Shown here one piece after another: positions 48,233 to 58,481 of a stretch of DNA of 64,000 nucleotides. Within the stretch, counting starts at the first letter, position 1. Each line of letters begins with the position of its first letter. The stretch is from Candidatus Thorarchaeota archaeon. GTDB taxonomy: Archaea; Asgardarchaeota; Thorarchaeia; Thorarchaeales; Thorarchaeaceae. Under the pieces are notes generated by a model. It searched no databases and was not told the DNA's origin. It worked only from the letters and a program-made list of their open reading frames with translations. Both the position numbers and the translations under genes were made by a program. Location: contig DXJO01000039.1 of the NCBI GenBank assembly GCA_019057475.1, positions 1-64,000 of the forward strand, read 5' to 3'.

Positions 48233-49015
48233 TCAGAGCTCATAGATGAATGCATCTGATTCCTGCTCCACTATTGACAATGTAGACGCATACTCTTCGT
48301 CAATTGCGGGGATGCCTACCTTATCAGTCCGACCGGCTTTTTCCACTATCATCCACTCGCCCAGCACATCTTCATCATCAAATGTGCTGAATTTATCGAA
48401 TGGGGTTGCCAAAACCTTGGAATTCTTTGCCCAATTGTACTTCCCCTTTTCAAATCGCTGAACGAATGGTCGATACAACGGACTATTGGTACCTGCAAGG
48501 ATAAACTTGGCGCGTTGCACACCCGACACATGTGTAATTCTGATCTTCTCCATTCTCTCGTCGTAATGAGCTGTTTCAGGCACACCCGTCCCATACTTGA
48601 TACGTGCGAGCGGGTCTGCAATTAAGATATTGCCCTTCTCAAGGATAAGCTTACGAATTACGCTGTAGATGTCTTCAGGGCGGGCCGCAGAAAGCGGATC
48701 AATAACTTCAGGATTCACAATGTCCACGAATGGCAAAGGTTCGTCGTATCTCATCTGGGTTGGGTCAAAAATCAGTGCTGAGATGTATTCTAGAACATCA
48801 ACTCTGCGCGGTCCGCTTTCAGCCACACCTTTGAAGATGCCTGGCCCCACCAAGATTGAAACAACCTTATTTCCTCGGATTAGAGACCAAAGCTGACGTG
48901 AAACAATTAGTGCCCGTCCGGACAAGTCTGTATCCCGAAGAATGCCTACGTCGAAGCCATGTGCCTTCACATCAAGAAGCCAGAATAATGCGCCTTGGTC
49001 CTCCAACATAATCAC
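48233..49015 (-). CDS. hypothetical protein
   Basis: 260-aa ORF overlapping the upstream gene by 4 bp. Confidence 0.7.
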   Translation of the reverse strand: MIMLEDQGALFWLLDVKAHGFDVGILRDTDLSGRALIVSRQLWSLIRGNKVVSILVGPGIFKGVAESGPRRVDVLEYISALIFDPTQMRYDEPLPFVDIVNPEVIDPLSAARPEDIYSVIRKLILEKGNILIADPLARIKYGTGVPETAHYDERMEKIRITHVSGVQRAKFILAGTNSPLYRPFVQRFEKGKYNWAKNSKVLATPFDKFSTFDDEDVLGEWMIVEKAGRTDKVGIPAIDEEYASTLSIVEQESDAFIYEL

Positions 49016-50187
49016 TCCGAAAGGTAGTAGGTGTTTACAAAATCGAAGACTAGTTTGCCGGCTACTGTGTCACGCTCCGGGATTCCTACATCAACCAGAA
49101 CTTGCTCAGCAGACTCGTACTGCTCGTCCAATGAGATATTCTCAAGTCCTAGTCTGTCTATTAGTTCACTCAAACATGTTTTCACGATGTCCTGAATTGG
49201 GTCGCCCTGGAATTTCAAGACACGAATCACTCTGTCAATCCTCTCTATGAGAAACGTGGATTGCTCCTCACCGACTCTCCGTCGGGCCAGACGAACATCT
49301 CGCTCAAGAAAATCAAAAGGTGACGCCATGTCCGGCTCGGTCTTGCTGCCTCTTGTAGATGCCGTCCCAACTTGCACATAGCGCGACCTGTCACCACGAC
49401 CCGTAGGACGCGGGGCCATATGAAGAATGAGATGAGCTATGGATTTGATAGTCATACCACTAAGCGGTTCGTTCATGTCCTCAATCACGGCGTTGAGCCG
49501 CGTGATGGACATGTCAACCGTTGCAGATTCCGAAGCTGTGGAAAGGATTTCGCGGAGTCTTCGAAAGAGCGCTTGATTCCTTCGTAGCAAATGATGGAAT
49601 TTTCCTTTGAGTGTTTCAGGCTTCCACTTGGTCACAGGGGGGCCGAAATACAGCAGTGCTTCTTGCGAAGTGGATTTCAGATGCTCTTTCAACCAAGCCT
49701 GAAGCACTGGCACAATGAAACCTTCAGCCAGTTTGGTGCGAGCGGCGATAACGGAAATCGCTTTTTCAACAGTGGACGATTCTTCATCCAATGTGCTCTC
49801 TAGGTTTGCCAGATCCCTGACTTTCAACTCTAGGTCACGAGCGAATGTGCCATAGACATATTCAATCCAACGACCCTCAGTTAATGCAAACTCCATAATG
49901 TTTCCAGGAATGTTCGGTACATCTTCACCAACAGATGCTCGCCTTTGGAGCTCAGCACTCAGAAGGGCAATCGACTGCTTTAGGCTCTGAATCCCATCCA
50001 TGTGGATAAGATAAGCCATCATTGCTACCTCAAGGGGGCATGAGAACTCCTCAGCAATCCTTTGAGATTCCTCAATGGGAACTCTTCGAACCCGCTCTCT
50101 TAGGTTTACATACTTGTCCGCAAACTCCTGTGTGAGCCTTTGTCGACTCGCTACAGCCAGCTTTTCAAGATCAGGATCGCGCAGCAA
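49012..50187 (-). CDS. hypothetical helical protein
   Basis: 391-aa ORF. Confidence 0.75.
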   Translation of the reverse strand: MLRDPDLEKLAVASRQRLTQEFADKYVNLRERVRRVPIEESQRIAEEFSCPLEVAMMAYLIHMDGIQSLKQSIALLSAELQRRASVGEDVPNIPGNIMEFALTEGRWIEYVYGTFARDLELKVRDLANLESTLDEESSTVEKAISVIAARTKLAEGFIVPVLQAWLKEHLKSTSQEALLYFGPPVTKWKPETLKGKFHHLLRRNQALFRRLREILSTASESATVDMSITRLNAVIEDMNEPLSGMTIKSIAHLILHMAPRPTGRGDRSRYVQVGTASTRGSKTEPDMASPFDFLERDVRLARRRVGEEQSTFLIERIDRVIRVLKFQGDPIQDIVKTCLSELIDRLGLENISLDEQYESAEQVLVDVGIPERDTVAGKLVFDFVNTYYLSE

Positions 50188-50313
50188 CCAAGAACACCTC
50201 TTTGCCCGTGAAGTCTATCTAAATGACATAAACACAGTTAGAGTAGGCTCTTGTTAGTCCTCAAATATGTATTGCGCGTGTGGAACCGCATTGCTGTTGC
50301 GCGCTCAACTCAG

Positions 50314-50541
50314 TCACGCGCCGCCGGATAGAAGCAGGAAATGAATGCCAAAACCTAGGAAAAGCGCTCCGAGTATTAGAGCAAATGCTGCTTTCATCTT
50401 TGAGAAGTGGCGACCATGTTCAACATGTATTACGAGCCAACCAAAAGACATGAGTCCAAAGGCGATGAAGATGAGGGCAAAGTAGATGTTGAGTGATTCG
50501 ACAATGATTTCAAAAGTGGGTAACTCGAACAGTTGCATCAT
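50314..50541 (-). CDS. small two-TM membrane protein
   Basis: Two hydrophobic helices; GAGGT upstream. Confidence 0.65.
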   Translation of the reverse strand: MMQLFELPTFEIIVESLNIYFALIFIAFGLMSFGWLVIHVEHGRHFSKMKAAFALILGALFLGFGIHFLLLSGGA

Positions 50542-50614
50542 TCACCAACCTCATTTCTGGGCTATCTTGACCGCGGACTCTATTGGGGTTTTAAAGGTCA
50601 CGGTAATAAAAGAT

Positions 50615-51385
50615 TCATGCCACGAAATCGTATTCACTCGTGTATTCCTTGTCATCAATGACTACTTTCCTCAGGAGCCTTGCACTCCGCTTGGCTAATT
50701 TCCTTTTCTCCGCAAACGATAGGCTCGGATCTTCGGGAATCTCGATGGATTCAATGACTATTGTGTGTAGTATCTGCACCTTCTTGGTCTTCGGACCTAT
50801 TTCTTCCCACAAGTCAGGAAGGGTTTCCTGAAGAATGAACTTCATTGTATCTGGAGTGTTAGCCAATGCGCCCTTGCAGAAGACGGGGGCTTTCACTTTC
50901 GTTTGGCCGTCCTCTGCACCCTTGGGCGCCTTGGGGAAAGATGTCTTGGTTGTGATTTTCCATGGGGTCCCGGCGTCGCTTGGACTCATACTGAGCAGGA
51001 AAAAAGTCGTAGGTGCTTCGTTATACGCTAGTTGCCTGATGTCCTGAAGTGGAGCGATCTCCTTGAGTTTAGCCTTATACGTTGGTGGCCCTTTTCCCCC
51101 GGACTTTTTCCATAGGAGTGGCATATTCAAGTTAGCGAACTCATTCGCCCGATCTGAGTAGGAAACTATCAATCCGGAAATTCTGTGCGTTCCTTCCGGT
51201 GCTCCATCAACATAGCATTGAATGAATGTTTCCTCAAACCCAAGGTCAACCTTGAAAGAAATTCTCTTCTCGCTGAAGGCCAAGTGCGCTCTCGGACCAT
51301 GATGAGATCCGATGCCGTACTTTACCAACTTCGCATGCACAAATTCGTCGGGTTCGTTTCGTACAACCTTGGCCAGCCAATTCAT
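50615..51385 (-). CDS. hypothetical protein
   Basis: 256-aa ORF. Confidence 0.75.
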   Translation of the reverse strand: MNWLAKVVRNEPDEFVHAKLVKYGIGSHHGPRAHLAFSEKRISFKVDLGFEETFIQCYVDGAPEGTHRISGLIVSYSDRANEFANLNMPLLWKKSGGKGPPTYKAKLKEIAPLQDIRQLAYNEAPTTFFLLSMSPSDAGTPWKITTKTSFPKAPKGAEDGQTKVKAPVFCKGALANTPDTMKFILQETLPDLWEEIGPKTKKVQILHTIVIESIEIPEDPSLSFAEKRKLAKRSARLLRKVVIDDKEYTSEYDFVA

Positions 51386-51457
51386 CCCTACGGACCTCTT
51401 TGGAGTCCGGTTAACTGGGAGTTTTAAACTTGCCGTGAAATCAGAATACGAAAATAA

Positions 51458-53221
51458 TTACAGTACAACAAGGCCCAACAATCCCCATATCCAAACGACA
51501 ACGATTGTCACAACCAGGATTGCCACCAAGTCAATCATAAGTCCTGTCGTGACCATCTCTCTCATCGTCACTTTTCCGGTGGAGTATGCAATCGTGGAGG
51601 GAGGGGTTCCGGTGGGTAACGCAAAGTCCATGGAAACCGCAATCGCGATGACCATCGTCACCAACATAGGATCTATCCCGAGCCCTATAGCCAATGGGAT
51701 AGCAACTGGAATGAGTATTACGGCCGCTCCAGTGTTAGAGGCAACCATCGTCACTAGAACTGCCACAACTCCCAATATCACCACAATGAGAAAAGCTGGA
51801 AACATGCCTAGGCCATTCATTTGGTGAGCCAGATAGGCTGAAAGACCAGTGTCAATCATTGCACCTCCTAATGCGATTCCGCTGCCTAGTATTAACAAGG
51901 ATGACCAGCTAATTTCTGAGGATATATCCTTCTCATCCAAGATTCGAAGTACTAGAAGAAACAGACCACCCATCAGAGCGACGATGGAGCTTGGAATTCC
52001 ATGTCCGGACCAGTTGAGAACAGAGGCCATGAAATCAGGAAGCCCTTCGGTAAGCCACAGCCCCACGACCCCTGCGAAGACTACGACTACCAGCTTCTGC
52101 TGCAACGACATCGGTCCTAGTTTGAGGTACTCCTTCTCAGAAATCCCCTTGAGGTCTCGGATCTCCTCAATATCCTTCGGAAGCTTGAATCTGATTAGCA
52201 GCCATTGCCACACAATGGGCAGCATTATCAGCACCACGGGAACCCCAAACGGAAGCCAGCTCATGAAGGAGAATTCAATATCGAGGAAGGAATTGATGTA
52301 TGTTGCCGCCAACGGATTCGGAGGCGAACCAACAAGACTGGCCACTCCGCCCAGAGTTGCTGCGTAGGCAACTCCAAGCACGAGAGCCTTCCCATACTTG
52401 CTTCTCGTTTCCTCATTCCGTATCCTTGAGATAACAGCGATAGCTATCGGAATCATGATTGCGGCTGAAGCGGTGTTGCTAATCCACATTGAGAGGAATG
52501 CGGTCACAGCCATCACGGTCAACAGCAGACTGGAGCCAGATCCAGTGCTTCTAGACAGGATTAGTAGGGCTAGCCTCTTATCGAGGTCATACTTGCTCAG
52601 AGCGCGTCCGAGAAGGAATCCTCCTAGAATGAGCACAACTGCAGGATCAAAGAATGGAGCCAGTGCAGCCTGAGGAGTGCGTATCTCAGTGGTAACGAGC
52701 AGGATGGGGATTAGCATTGATGTAGCAACCAAACTGATTCCTTCCGAGAACCAAAGAATCGCCACGACTGCCAGTATCATCAGAGCGGCTTTTGATTTCA
52801 CAAGAGGTTGATATGTGACTGTGAATGTCTGACCACTCTGTCGCGCTGGTCTAATCGTCTGATCAAACCCTGCTTCATTCTGGAGACGAACCTCTATCTG
52901 ATCTGCTGCCAGGGGCGCTCCTATCGCGCTTATGATGAAAGTCAGCGCAGTGTCAGGAGCTAGGGGAACTCGAGTCATCACTGTGACCGTGACATTCGTT
53001 GTTGTGCCATTGAGATTGTATACGCGTTGTTCCAGTTGTCCGCCCTCAGCAAGTAAAACAATCACTGGGAGATCCACATCAATGCCGGGCGAAACGACAG
53101 TAATTGTGGTCTGATATTCGCCTGTTTGGAAATCCGGAGGGGCGAGATTGTAAAGTGCTAACCCGACAACAGCCGTCACGACCATTACAATCGCGGTTTT
53201 TCGCGAAATCCGGTATGACAA
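51458..53221 (-). CDS. DASS/SLC13 sodium-coupled anion symporter
   Basis: SMWISNTAS, GSPPN, ASNTG, LPTGTPP motifs. Confidence 0.92.
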   Translation of the reverse strand: MSYRISRKTAIVMVVTAVVGLALYNLAPPDFQTGEYQTTITVVSPGIDVDLPVIVLLAEGGQLEQRVYNLNGTTTNVTVTVMTRVPLAPDTALTFIISAIGAPLAADQIEVRLQNEAGFDQTIRPARQSGQTFTVTYQPLVKSKAALMILAVVAILWFSEGISLVATSMLIPILLVTTEIRTPQAALAPFFDPAVVLILGGFLLGRALSKYDLDKRLALLILSRSTGSGSSLLLTVMAVTAFLSMWISNTASAAIMIPIAIAVISRIRNEETRSKYGKALVLGVAYAATLGGVASLVGSPPNPLAATYINSFLDIEFSFMSWLPFGVPVVLIMLPIVWQWLLIRFKLPKDIEEIRDLKGISEKEYLKLGPMSLQQKLVVVVFAGVVGLWLTEGLPDFMASVLNWSGHGIPSSIVALMGGLFLLVLRILDEKDISSEISWSSLLILGSGIALGGAMIDTGLSAYLAHQMNGLGMFPAFLIVVILGVVAVLVTMVASNTGAAVILIPVAIPLAIGLGIDPMLVTMVIAIAVSMDFALPTGTPPSTIAYSTGKVTMREMVTTGLMIDLVAILVVTIVVVWIWGLLGLVVL

Positions 53222-53261
53222 AGCGCTTCTTCCTCACTCACGTTGTGTGGCATTCAAAGAC

Positions 53262-53624
53262 TCAATCGATAGGACGCGTTTCAAGAATTCTCAACATCTC
53301 GGTAGAAGGCGAAACAAAACCCTTTGTGCCTACTATCGTCCTGGTCTTCTCTACCAGATGACCAGTATACTTGTCGAGGATGTCAACGGTTTCCTCAAAC
53401 TTATCGAAGGGACCTTCGAAGACTGTGAACCCAGTGAATGCGGTTCCAAAAGCACTACCGGCCTCGGCCAGAATCTTGATTCCCGCGGGTAGTTTGTTCC
53501 TTATTGTGCCCCATTGCTTGAACCATTCCCGCTTCTCATCATCCGTCATCGTACGAAGCCGATACATTAGTATGTAATAAAAATCCGGGTGACTGGAGTC
53601 ACCGGGTTTCGTGCGGCCAGCCAT
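53262..53624 (-). CDS. hypothetical protein (dimeric alpha+beta barrel-like)
   Basis: 120-aa ORF with an alternating beta/alpha pattern. Confidence 0.65.
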   Translation of the reverse strand: MAGRTKPGDSSHPDFYYILMYRLRTMTDDEKREWFKQWGTIRNKLPAGIKILAEAGSAFGTAFTGFTVFEGPFDKFEETVDILDKYTGHLVEKTRTIVGTKGFVSPSTEMLRILETRPID

Positions 53625-53698
53625 ACTCTAACGAACGCACTGTATAGCTTATAACGGTGATGTACCCTGAAACTCGAAACCTACAAGGGGTAATTCGT

Positions 53699-54925
53699 AT
53701 GGGTCTCAGAGCGTCCGAGTATACAGGTAACCTGTTGGCTCTCTACTTTGTCACAATCATTATGCGCGCGTCATTCTACATTAGCATAGCTGTCATTCAA
53801 AGCTTGAACTACATGGGCGGAGGCATACATGAATGGGAAATCGCAGCCGTTATGGTTGTGTACCCACTTGCAGAACTCACCTCGGTTTCATTCTTTGGCT
53901 CATATAGTGATAAGATTGGCCGGAGGCCCATCCTGATTGCTAGTCTCTTCATCACTGCAGCTTCAGCATATCTCTTCGCCATAGCACCAACCGCAGCGAT
54001 TCTGATTGCATTCTCGGCAGTCTTTGGAATCGGTGCCGCATCCAAGGTTTCCACAACTTTGTCGATGATTGCGGATATGTCATCTGAGCACGATCGAGCT
54101 CGTCTGATGGGGTACTATGATCTCTCTACACTCTCGGGTCTTGCCGGGGGCTATGGCTTGGGAATCATACTGCTGGAGATGACCATTGCTCCGAGCTCAA
54201 TCCTCTTCATGGCTGGCTCAGCCTGCGCTGTGAGCGGAATAATTGCATTCTTTGTAATAAGGGAAACCCGAACTCACGTGCATGTTGACATGAGCACGCT
54301 CGATTTAATCAAGAAGGTTGCAATGGATCGGAAGATCCAGATGTTGATTCCGGTTTACGTTCCTATAATCGCAATGTACGGTCTGCTCATTGGATATGCA
54401 GAGAGGATAATCGAGGAACATTTCGATCTGCTGACTGGTACTGACCTGCTATACCTCTTTGCTGTGCTCGGCGGCTCACTCATTCTGGGAATCGTTATCA
54501 TGGGACACCTCTCAGATCATTACATGAAGCGACGGCCGTTCATTGTGGCAGGACTTATCGGCTTTGGAATCTTGGGATACTTGATGGTTGCATACGCTGA
54601 CAATTTACCGGGACTTTGGAGCATTTGGCCAGCGTTGCCCATACTTGGCTTCATGGCAGGCGCATTCCCCCCAGCGGCAATGGCCTATCTCACGGACGTA
54701 TCTGACAAGGAAGCAAGAGGAGCCACGATGGGTGTCTATAGCATCTTCTTCGGCTCAGGTATGATCATTGGACCGCTAGCTGGAGCGTTTGCTTACGGTA
54801 ACTACGGGCTCTACGGGATGGCTGCCCTCGTAGGCATTTTCATCACTATCGCAATAGCTGGAACATACTTCATGCCTGAAAGACATCATAAGGAAGAAAG
54901 CCCCGCGCTAGAATCCGCTGACTGA
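53699..54925 (+). CDS. MFS transporter
   Basis: GSYSDKIGRRP and GHLSDHYMKRRP motifs; 12 TM segments. Confidence 0.92.
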   Translation: MGLRASEYTGNLLALYFVTIIMRASFYISIAVIQSLNYMGGGIHEWEIAAVMVVYPLAELTSVSFFGSYSDKIGRRPILIASLFITAASAYLFAIAPTAAILIAFSAVFGIGAASKVSTTLSMIADMSSEHDRARLMGYYDLSTLSGLAGGYGLGIILLEMTIAPSSILFMAGSACAVSGIIAFFVIRETRTHVHVDMSTLDLIKKVAMDRKIQMLIPVYVPIIAMYGLLIGYAERIIEEHFDLLTGTDLLYLFAVLGGSLILGIVIMGHLSDHYMKRRPFIVAGLIGFGILGYLMVAYADNLPGLWSIWPALPILGFMAGAFPPAAMAYLTDVSDKEARGATMGVYSIFFGSGMIIGPLAGAFAYGNYGLYGMAALVGIFITIAIAGTYFMPERHHKEESPALESAD

Positions 54926-54987
54926 GCAAAGGTTAATAGCAAGCACATCCTTCAACGCGATAGAATCTCATAACGGAGAGCGTAATC

Positions 54988-55599
54988 ATGGCTAGGCTTA
55001 CTACCATTGGTAACTTAATCGCAGGGATAGGTCTCGCAGTGTTGGCTTTTGCAGCGATACTGCACTATCTACTGTCAGGAATCGCAGAATTGGCGGGGGT
55101 TGGTATCATTACATGGACGGTGGCCGCAGGGTTGCTTGTTCTAGTCCTAATCTTCGCCGTAGTCAACACGTTCACGGAAGTCACAGGATTTGTGCATCCA
55201 GAAGACAAACTCGTCGCCAACATGTTTGTCTTCATCATGGCTATTGCAACTATTCTGATCTACGGAATCTTTCCTGACTTGGCCGTCCCCCAGGATAGCC
55301 TTTTCCAGATGGCTTCAATGATTGTGATAGCTTACGTGTTTCTGTTCGTCTTCACCTACTTTAGCTCAACAATAACTGAAGGCGCGGATATGTCCCAAGT
55401 GAAGGAGATGACTGCTCGATTCATGCTTGTTTCGCTATTGCTAGGAGCAATCATGGCAGGGCTTATGGTGATACTTGACTGGATAATGTTCACTCTCTCA
55501 TACGAGTGGGCGAGTGTTTCGCTGGGTGCCTTCGCTGTTGGACTCGTATTCGTCATGGCATTCGCGCTGGGAAGAAAATACGAACCTGTCGGAGGGTAG
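54988..55599 (+). CDS. multi-pass membrane protein
   Basis: Six hydrophobic helices. Confidence 0.75.
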   Translation: MARLTTIGNLIAGIGLAVLAFAAILHYLLSGIAELAGVGIITWTVAAGLLVLVLIFAVVNTFTEVTGFVHPEDKLVANMFVFIMAIATILIYGIFPDLAVPQDSLFQMASMIVIAYVFLFVFTYFSSTITEGADMSQVKEMTARFMLVSLLLGAIMAGLMVILDWIMFTLSYEWASVSLGAFAVGLVFVMAFALGRKYEPVGG

Positions 55600-55634
55600 A
55601 ATCTCAACAGAGGATGGACTTTTCTCCCCATCCT

Positions 55635-55661
55635 TCCCCCTTTGGGGGGTTCTGTTTCTTT
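55635..55661 (+). terminator. putative terminator
   Basis: CCCCC-TTT-GGGGG hairpin followed by a T-rich tract after the stop at 55599. Confidence 0.45.
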
Positions 55662-55787
55662 CAAGTAGAATGTGTAATTAGGGCAATCTCTCAGCAAATG
55701 TATTAAATGCTGGTACATCCGTTGTTCGTAACTAGTTGAGGCAGGCGATCTCCGCCCCAACAAGACAAGCTGAAGCTGGTGTGACAT

Positions 55788-57737
55788 ATGACAGACGGCA
55801 AGCTATGGCTAGGTTTTTACCTGGATGAGGAAGGAAAGCGGACCAAAAACAAGTTCGAGATTAGTGTGGACCTTCTTCGAAGACATGGTGGCGTATTCGG
55901 ATCTACGGGCTCGGGGAAGACGGTACTTAGTAAGGCCGTCATAGAAGAGGCCGCAATGCAGGGCATCCCCGTTCTGGCGTTCGACCCCCAAGGTGACATC
56001 GCCTCGTTAATGTTACCTGGTGATCCCAAGGAACTCCAATCGAAAGGTGTTCCACCAGAACGTTTGAAGGAGTACATGGATAAGGTCATAGTACGTGTAT
56101 ACACACCAGCAAGCAGCAAAGGATTAGCAATCTCGATCAACCCCTTGAAGCTGCCTGACAGGAAAGCAGACCAGGATGACGTCATAAGACTTCTTGATAA
56201 CTCTGCAAGAACCCTCGTCAAAGTCCTGGCAAAGGTTGCGGGCCTCTCAAAGTCGTGGGAGAGTAAGTCATTCGCGGCGGTCTATGAGCTCCTCCGAAGC
56301 ATCTGGGAGAATCCCAAGAAGGAAATTGGCACCTTAAAGGATCTCGCGAATATGCTCGTTTTGGACAAAGAAGAAATCGGAGTCGACTTGGAACCCTATA
56401 TGAGGTTAACAGAGCGTCAGAAACTGGCGTCTACAATTAGGGCTCTTACTGTTGGCTCATCCCAGCTGCTCTTCAAAGAAGAAGGCCAGATTGACTTTGA
56501 TTATTTGATCAAGCCTGTGAACGGGAAGACCCCAATCAACGTTCTGTTTCTGAAGACCTTGCGCAGTGAGGAGGAAAAGCACTTCTTCATCGCTATAGTT
56601 CTAAATCAGCTATATTCTTGGATGCTAAGGCAAGGCTTTACGAGTAAACCCAGACTACTCCTCTTCCAAGATGAAGCGGCACCCTTCATACCAGCTGGAA
56701 TGCGGGCTCCAGGTCCCAAGGAAACTTTCCTTCTCCTCTTCAGACAGGCGAGGAAGTATGGAGTGGAATGCCTAATCGCCACTCAGAGCCCAAAGGATAT
56801 CGATTACAAGGCATTCGAACAATTCAACACAATTGCCTCAGGCAGAATCAGCAGCGAGCAATCATTGAAGGTACTGGAGAGAATTCTCGAACCCATCGCA
56901 GGCGAGAAGCAGTCTGAAGAGATAATCCGGGCCCTCCCAGGCCAGCAGACGGCGACCTTTATTTTCTCGTCAGCAGAGATGAAGCCGAAGGTCAATCACA
57001 TCGGAGTGCGATGGCTGCTCACTAGGCACATTACGCTGACAGAGAAAGATGTTCAGAAACATATGTCTCAACTCGTCAAGCAGCAGCAAAAGATCCTTCA
57101 AGAGATGGAGCGCGTTCGACTAGGAGCGAAGGCAAAGAAGGAAGCCGAACGCCGAAGACTTGCCGAACAGAGGAAAAAGGATGCTGAACAACAACGCGCG
57201 GATGAGGAAAGGAGAAAGAAAGAAGAAGAAAACCGTCGTCGAAGGGAGAAAGAGCTTGCAGAGAAGAAGGCCAAGTTCAAGAAAGCCTCTGATAATGATA
57301 AGGTATTCTCAACTCGTGGCCAGGCGGGCACAATTTCTTATGATGACCTCATCAATGGGTTCGTAGCAATGATAGAGGCTATCGCAAAAACCGCCTTTGG
57401 ACTTCCGTTCTTGAGGGAGCTCGTGAAGCGAGGAGAACTCAACTACGAGAAAGCTCTGTCCTACTATCTAACGGAAACGAGAGCGGCAATTAAACAAGGC
57501 TTAGCTAAGAAAGAGAAGAAGGAAATCAAGAAACGAGGGAAGACCAAGAAGGTCACGTACATCGTCTATGATTTCGAATATGTGCTCAATGCAGTCATTA
57601 AAAGCATGGGCGTCAAAGAGCCCGATTACGTCGATGAAAAGAGGCTGAGAAAGCGCTTTGAACAGCTGGTCAAGAAAGCCTCCAGAAACAGCCTTCTCGA
57701 GCGCATCGTACTGGGAGAACCTTTCCTCCAGTTCTAG
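55788..57737 (+). CDS. HerA/FtsK-like ATPase (DUF87/DUF853-like) with a charged coiled coil
   Basis: RHGGVFGSTGSGKT, DPQGD, FQDEA, RQARKYGV..LIATQSP; E/K/R-rich segment ~57100-57290. Confidence 0.88.
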   Translation: MTDGKLWLGFYLDEEGKRTKNKFEISVDLLRRHGGVFGSTGSGKTVLSKAVIEEAAMQGIPVLAFDPQGDIASLMLPGDPKELQSKGVPPERLKEYMDKVIVRVYTPASSKGLAISINPLKLPDRKADQDDVIRLLDNSARTLVKVLAKVAGLSKSWESKSFAAVYELLRSIWENPKKEIGTLKDLANMLVLDKEEIGVDLEPYMRLTERQKLASTIRALTVGSSQLLFKEEGQIDFDYLIKPVNGKTPINVLFLKTLRSEEEKHFFIAIVLNQLYSWMLRQGFTSKPRLLLFQDEAAPFIPAGMRAPGPKETFLLLFRQARKYGVECLIATQSPKDIDYKAFEQFNTIASGRISSEQSLKVLERILEPIAGEKQSEEIIRALPGQQTATFIFSSAEMKPKVNHIGVRWLLTRHITLTEKDVQKHMSQLVKQQQKILQEMERVRLGAKAKKEAERRRLAEQRKKDAEQQRADEERRKKEEENRRRREKELAEKKAKFKKASDNDKVFSTRGQAGTISYDDLINGFVAMIEAIAKTAFGLPFLRELVKRGELNYEKALSYYLTETRAAIKQGLAKKEKKEIKKRGKTKKVTYIVYDFEYVLNAVIKSMGVKEPDYVDEKRLRKRFEQLVKKASRNSLLERIVLGEPFLQF

Positions 57738-58450
57738 TTGGAACTGAACGTGGTCCATCCCTCAACCGTACAAGTGACCCACCGGTCCACCATTTCAAGC
57801 GTAAGATTCGCTGCAGAGGTCATCATGTCAGGCGTTGCGACCGGAGCACCATAGATGAGAAGCAAGATGTTCTTGCTCTTTGGTGTAACCTTTGTTCTCT
57901 CCGAATCATGAGTAGCGTACCCAAAGCAGACTATTTTCTCGTCATCAGCAAGAACAATCTCCCGCCCTCTGCATGTGAGCTGCTTGCCCCCAATCCTCTC
58001 GAAAACCTCTCCCTTGTGGGCAGTGCGCACAACTAGGTTTCCCTCTAGAACAGTTTCATCAATCAATCCTATCGGAAGCTTGTGATAGGCTGACGCAAGA
58101 TTCGCCACATCAACAAGAGTGGATATGCGCCAGAGGTTTAGGCCTCGCACAATCCTTCGCAGCAATGCCTCACTCGATACGCGAAGCTTGGTGGGATCCA
58201 TTCCGAATGTCCAGTATAGGTCGCGATATGACCTGAAAACAAGGTCATCCTTTACATCATCCAAAGTTGTTCGAGACCGTATCTCACCAAAGAGCTCCTG
58301 CTCATACTTCTCGAAATCAGAACTGGATTTGCCCAGGTCCAGCTCGATTAACCTTGCGATCATTAAACTGAGGCCTTCGCGCTGCACATCGAAACGTACA
58401 GCACGACCAAGAGAAATCCCCGCTTGAAATCCTGTATTGGATGGGCACAT
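57734..58450 (-). CDS. B3/B4 (PheRS beta editing-like) domain protein
   Basis: YR.LYW..GMDPTK.R.SSEALLRR, VDV.N..S. Confidence 0.88.
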   Translation of the reverse strand: MCPSNTGFQAGISLGRAVRFDVQREGLSLMIARLIELDLGKSSSDFEKYEQELFGEIRSRTTLDDVKDDLVFRSYRDLYWTFGMDPTKLRVSSEALLRRIVRGLNLWRISTLVDVANLASAYHKLPIGLIDETVLEGNLVVRTAHKGEVFERIGGKQLTCRGREIVLADDEKIVCFGYATHDSERTKVTPKSKNILLLIYGAPVATPDMMTSAANLTLEMVDRWVTCTVEGWTTFSSN

Positions 58451-58481
58451 GTTTCTCACGCCTGATTCTGAAGAAGCCCTG

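Noticed and set aside
57100-57290. Purine-rich low-complexity DNA
   Set aside because: Explained by the E/K/R-rich helix of the HerA-like ATPase; not a DNA-level repeat.
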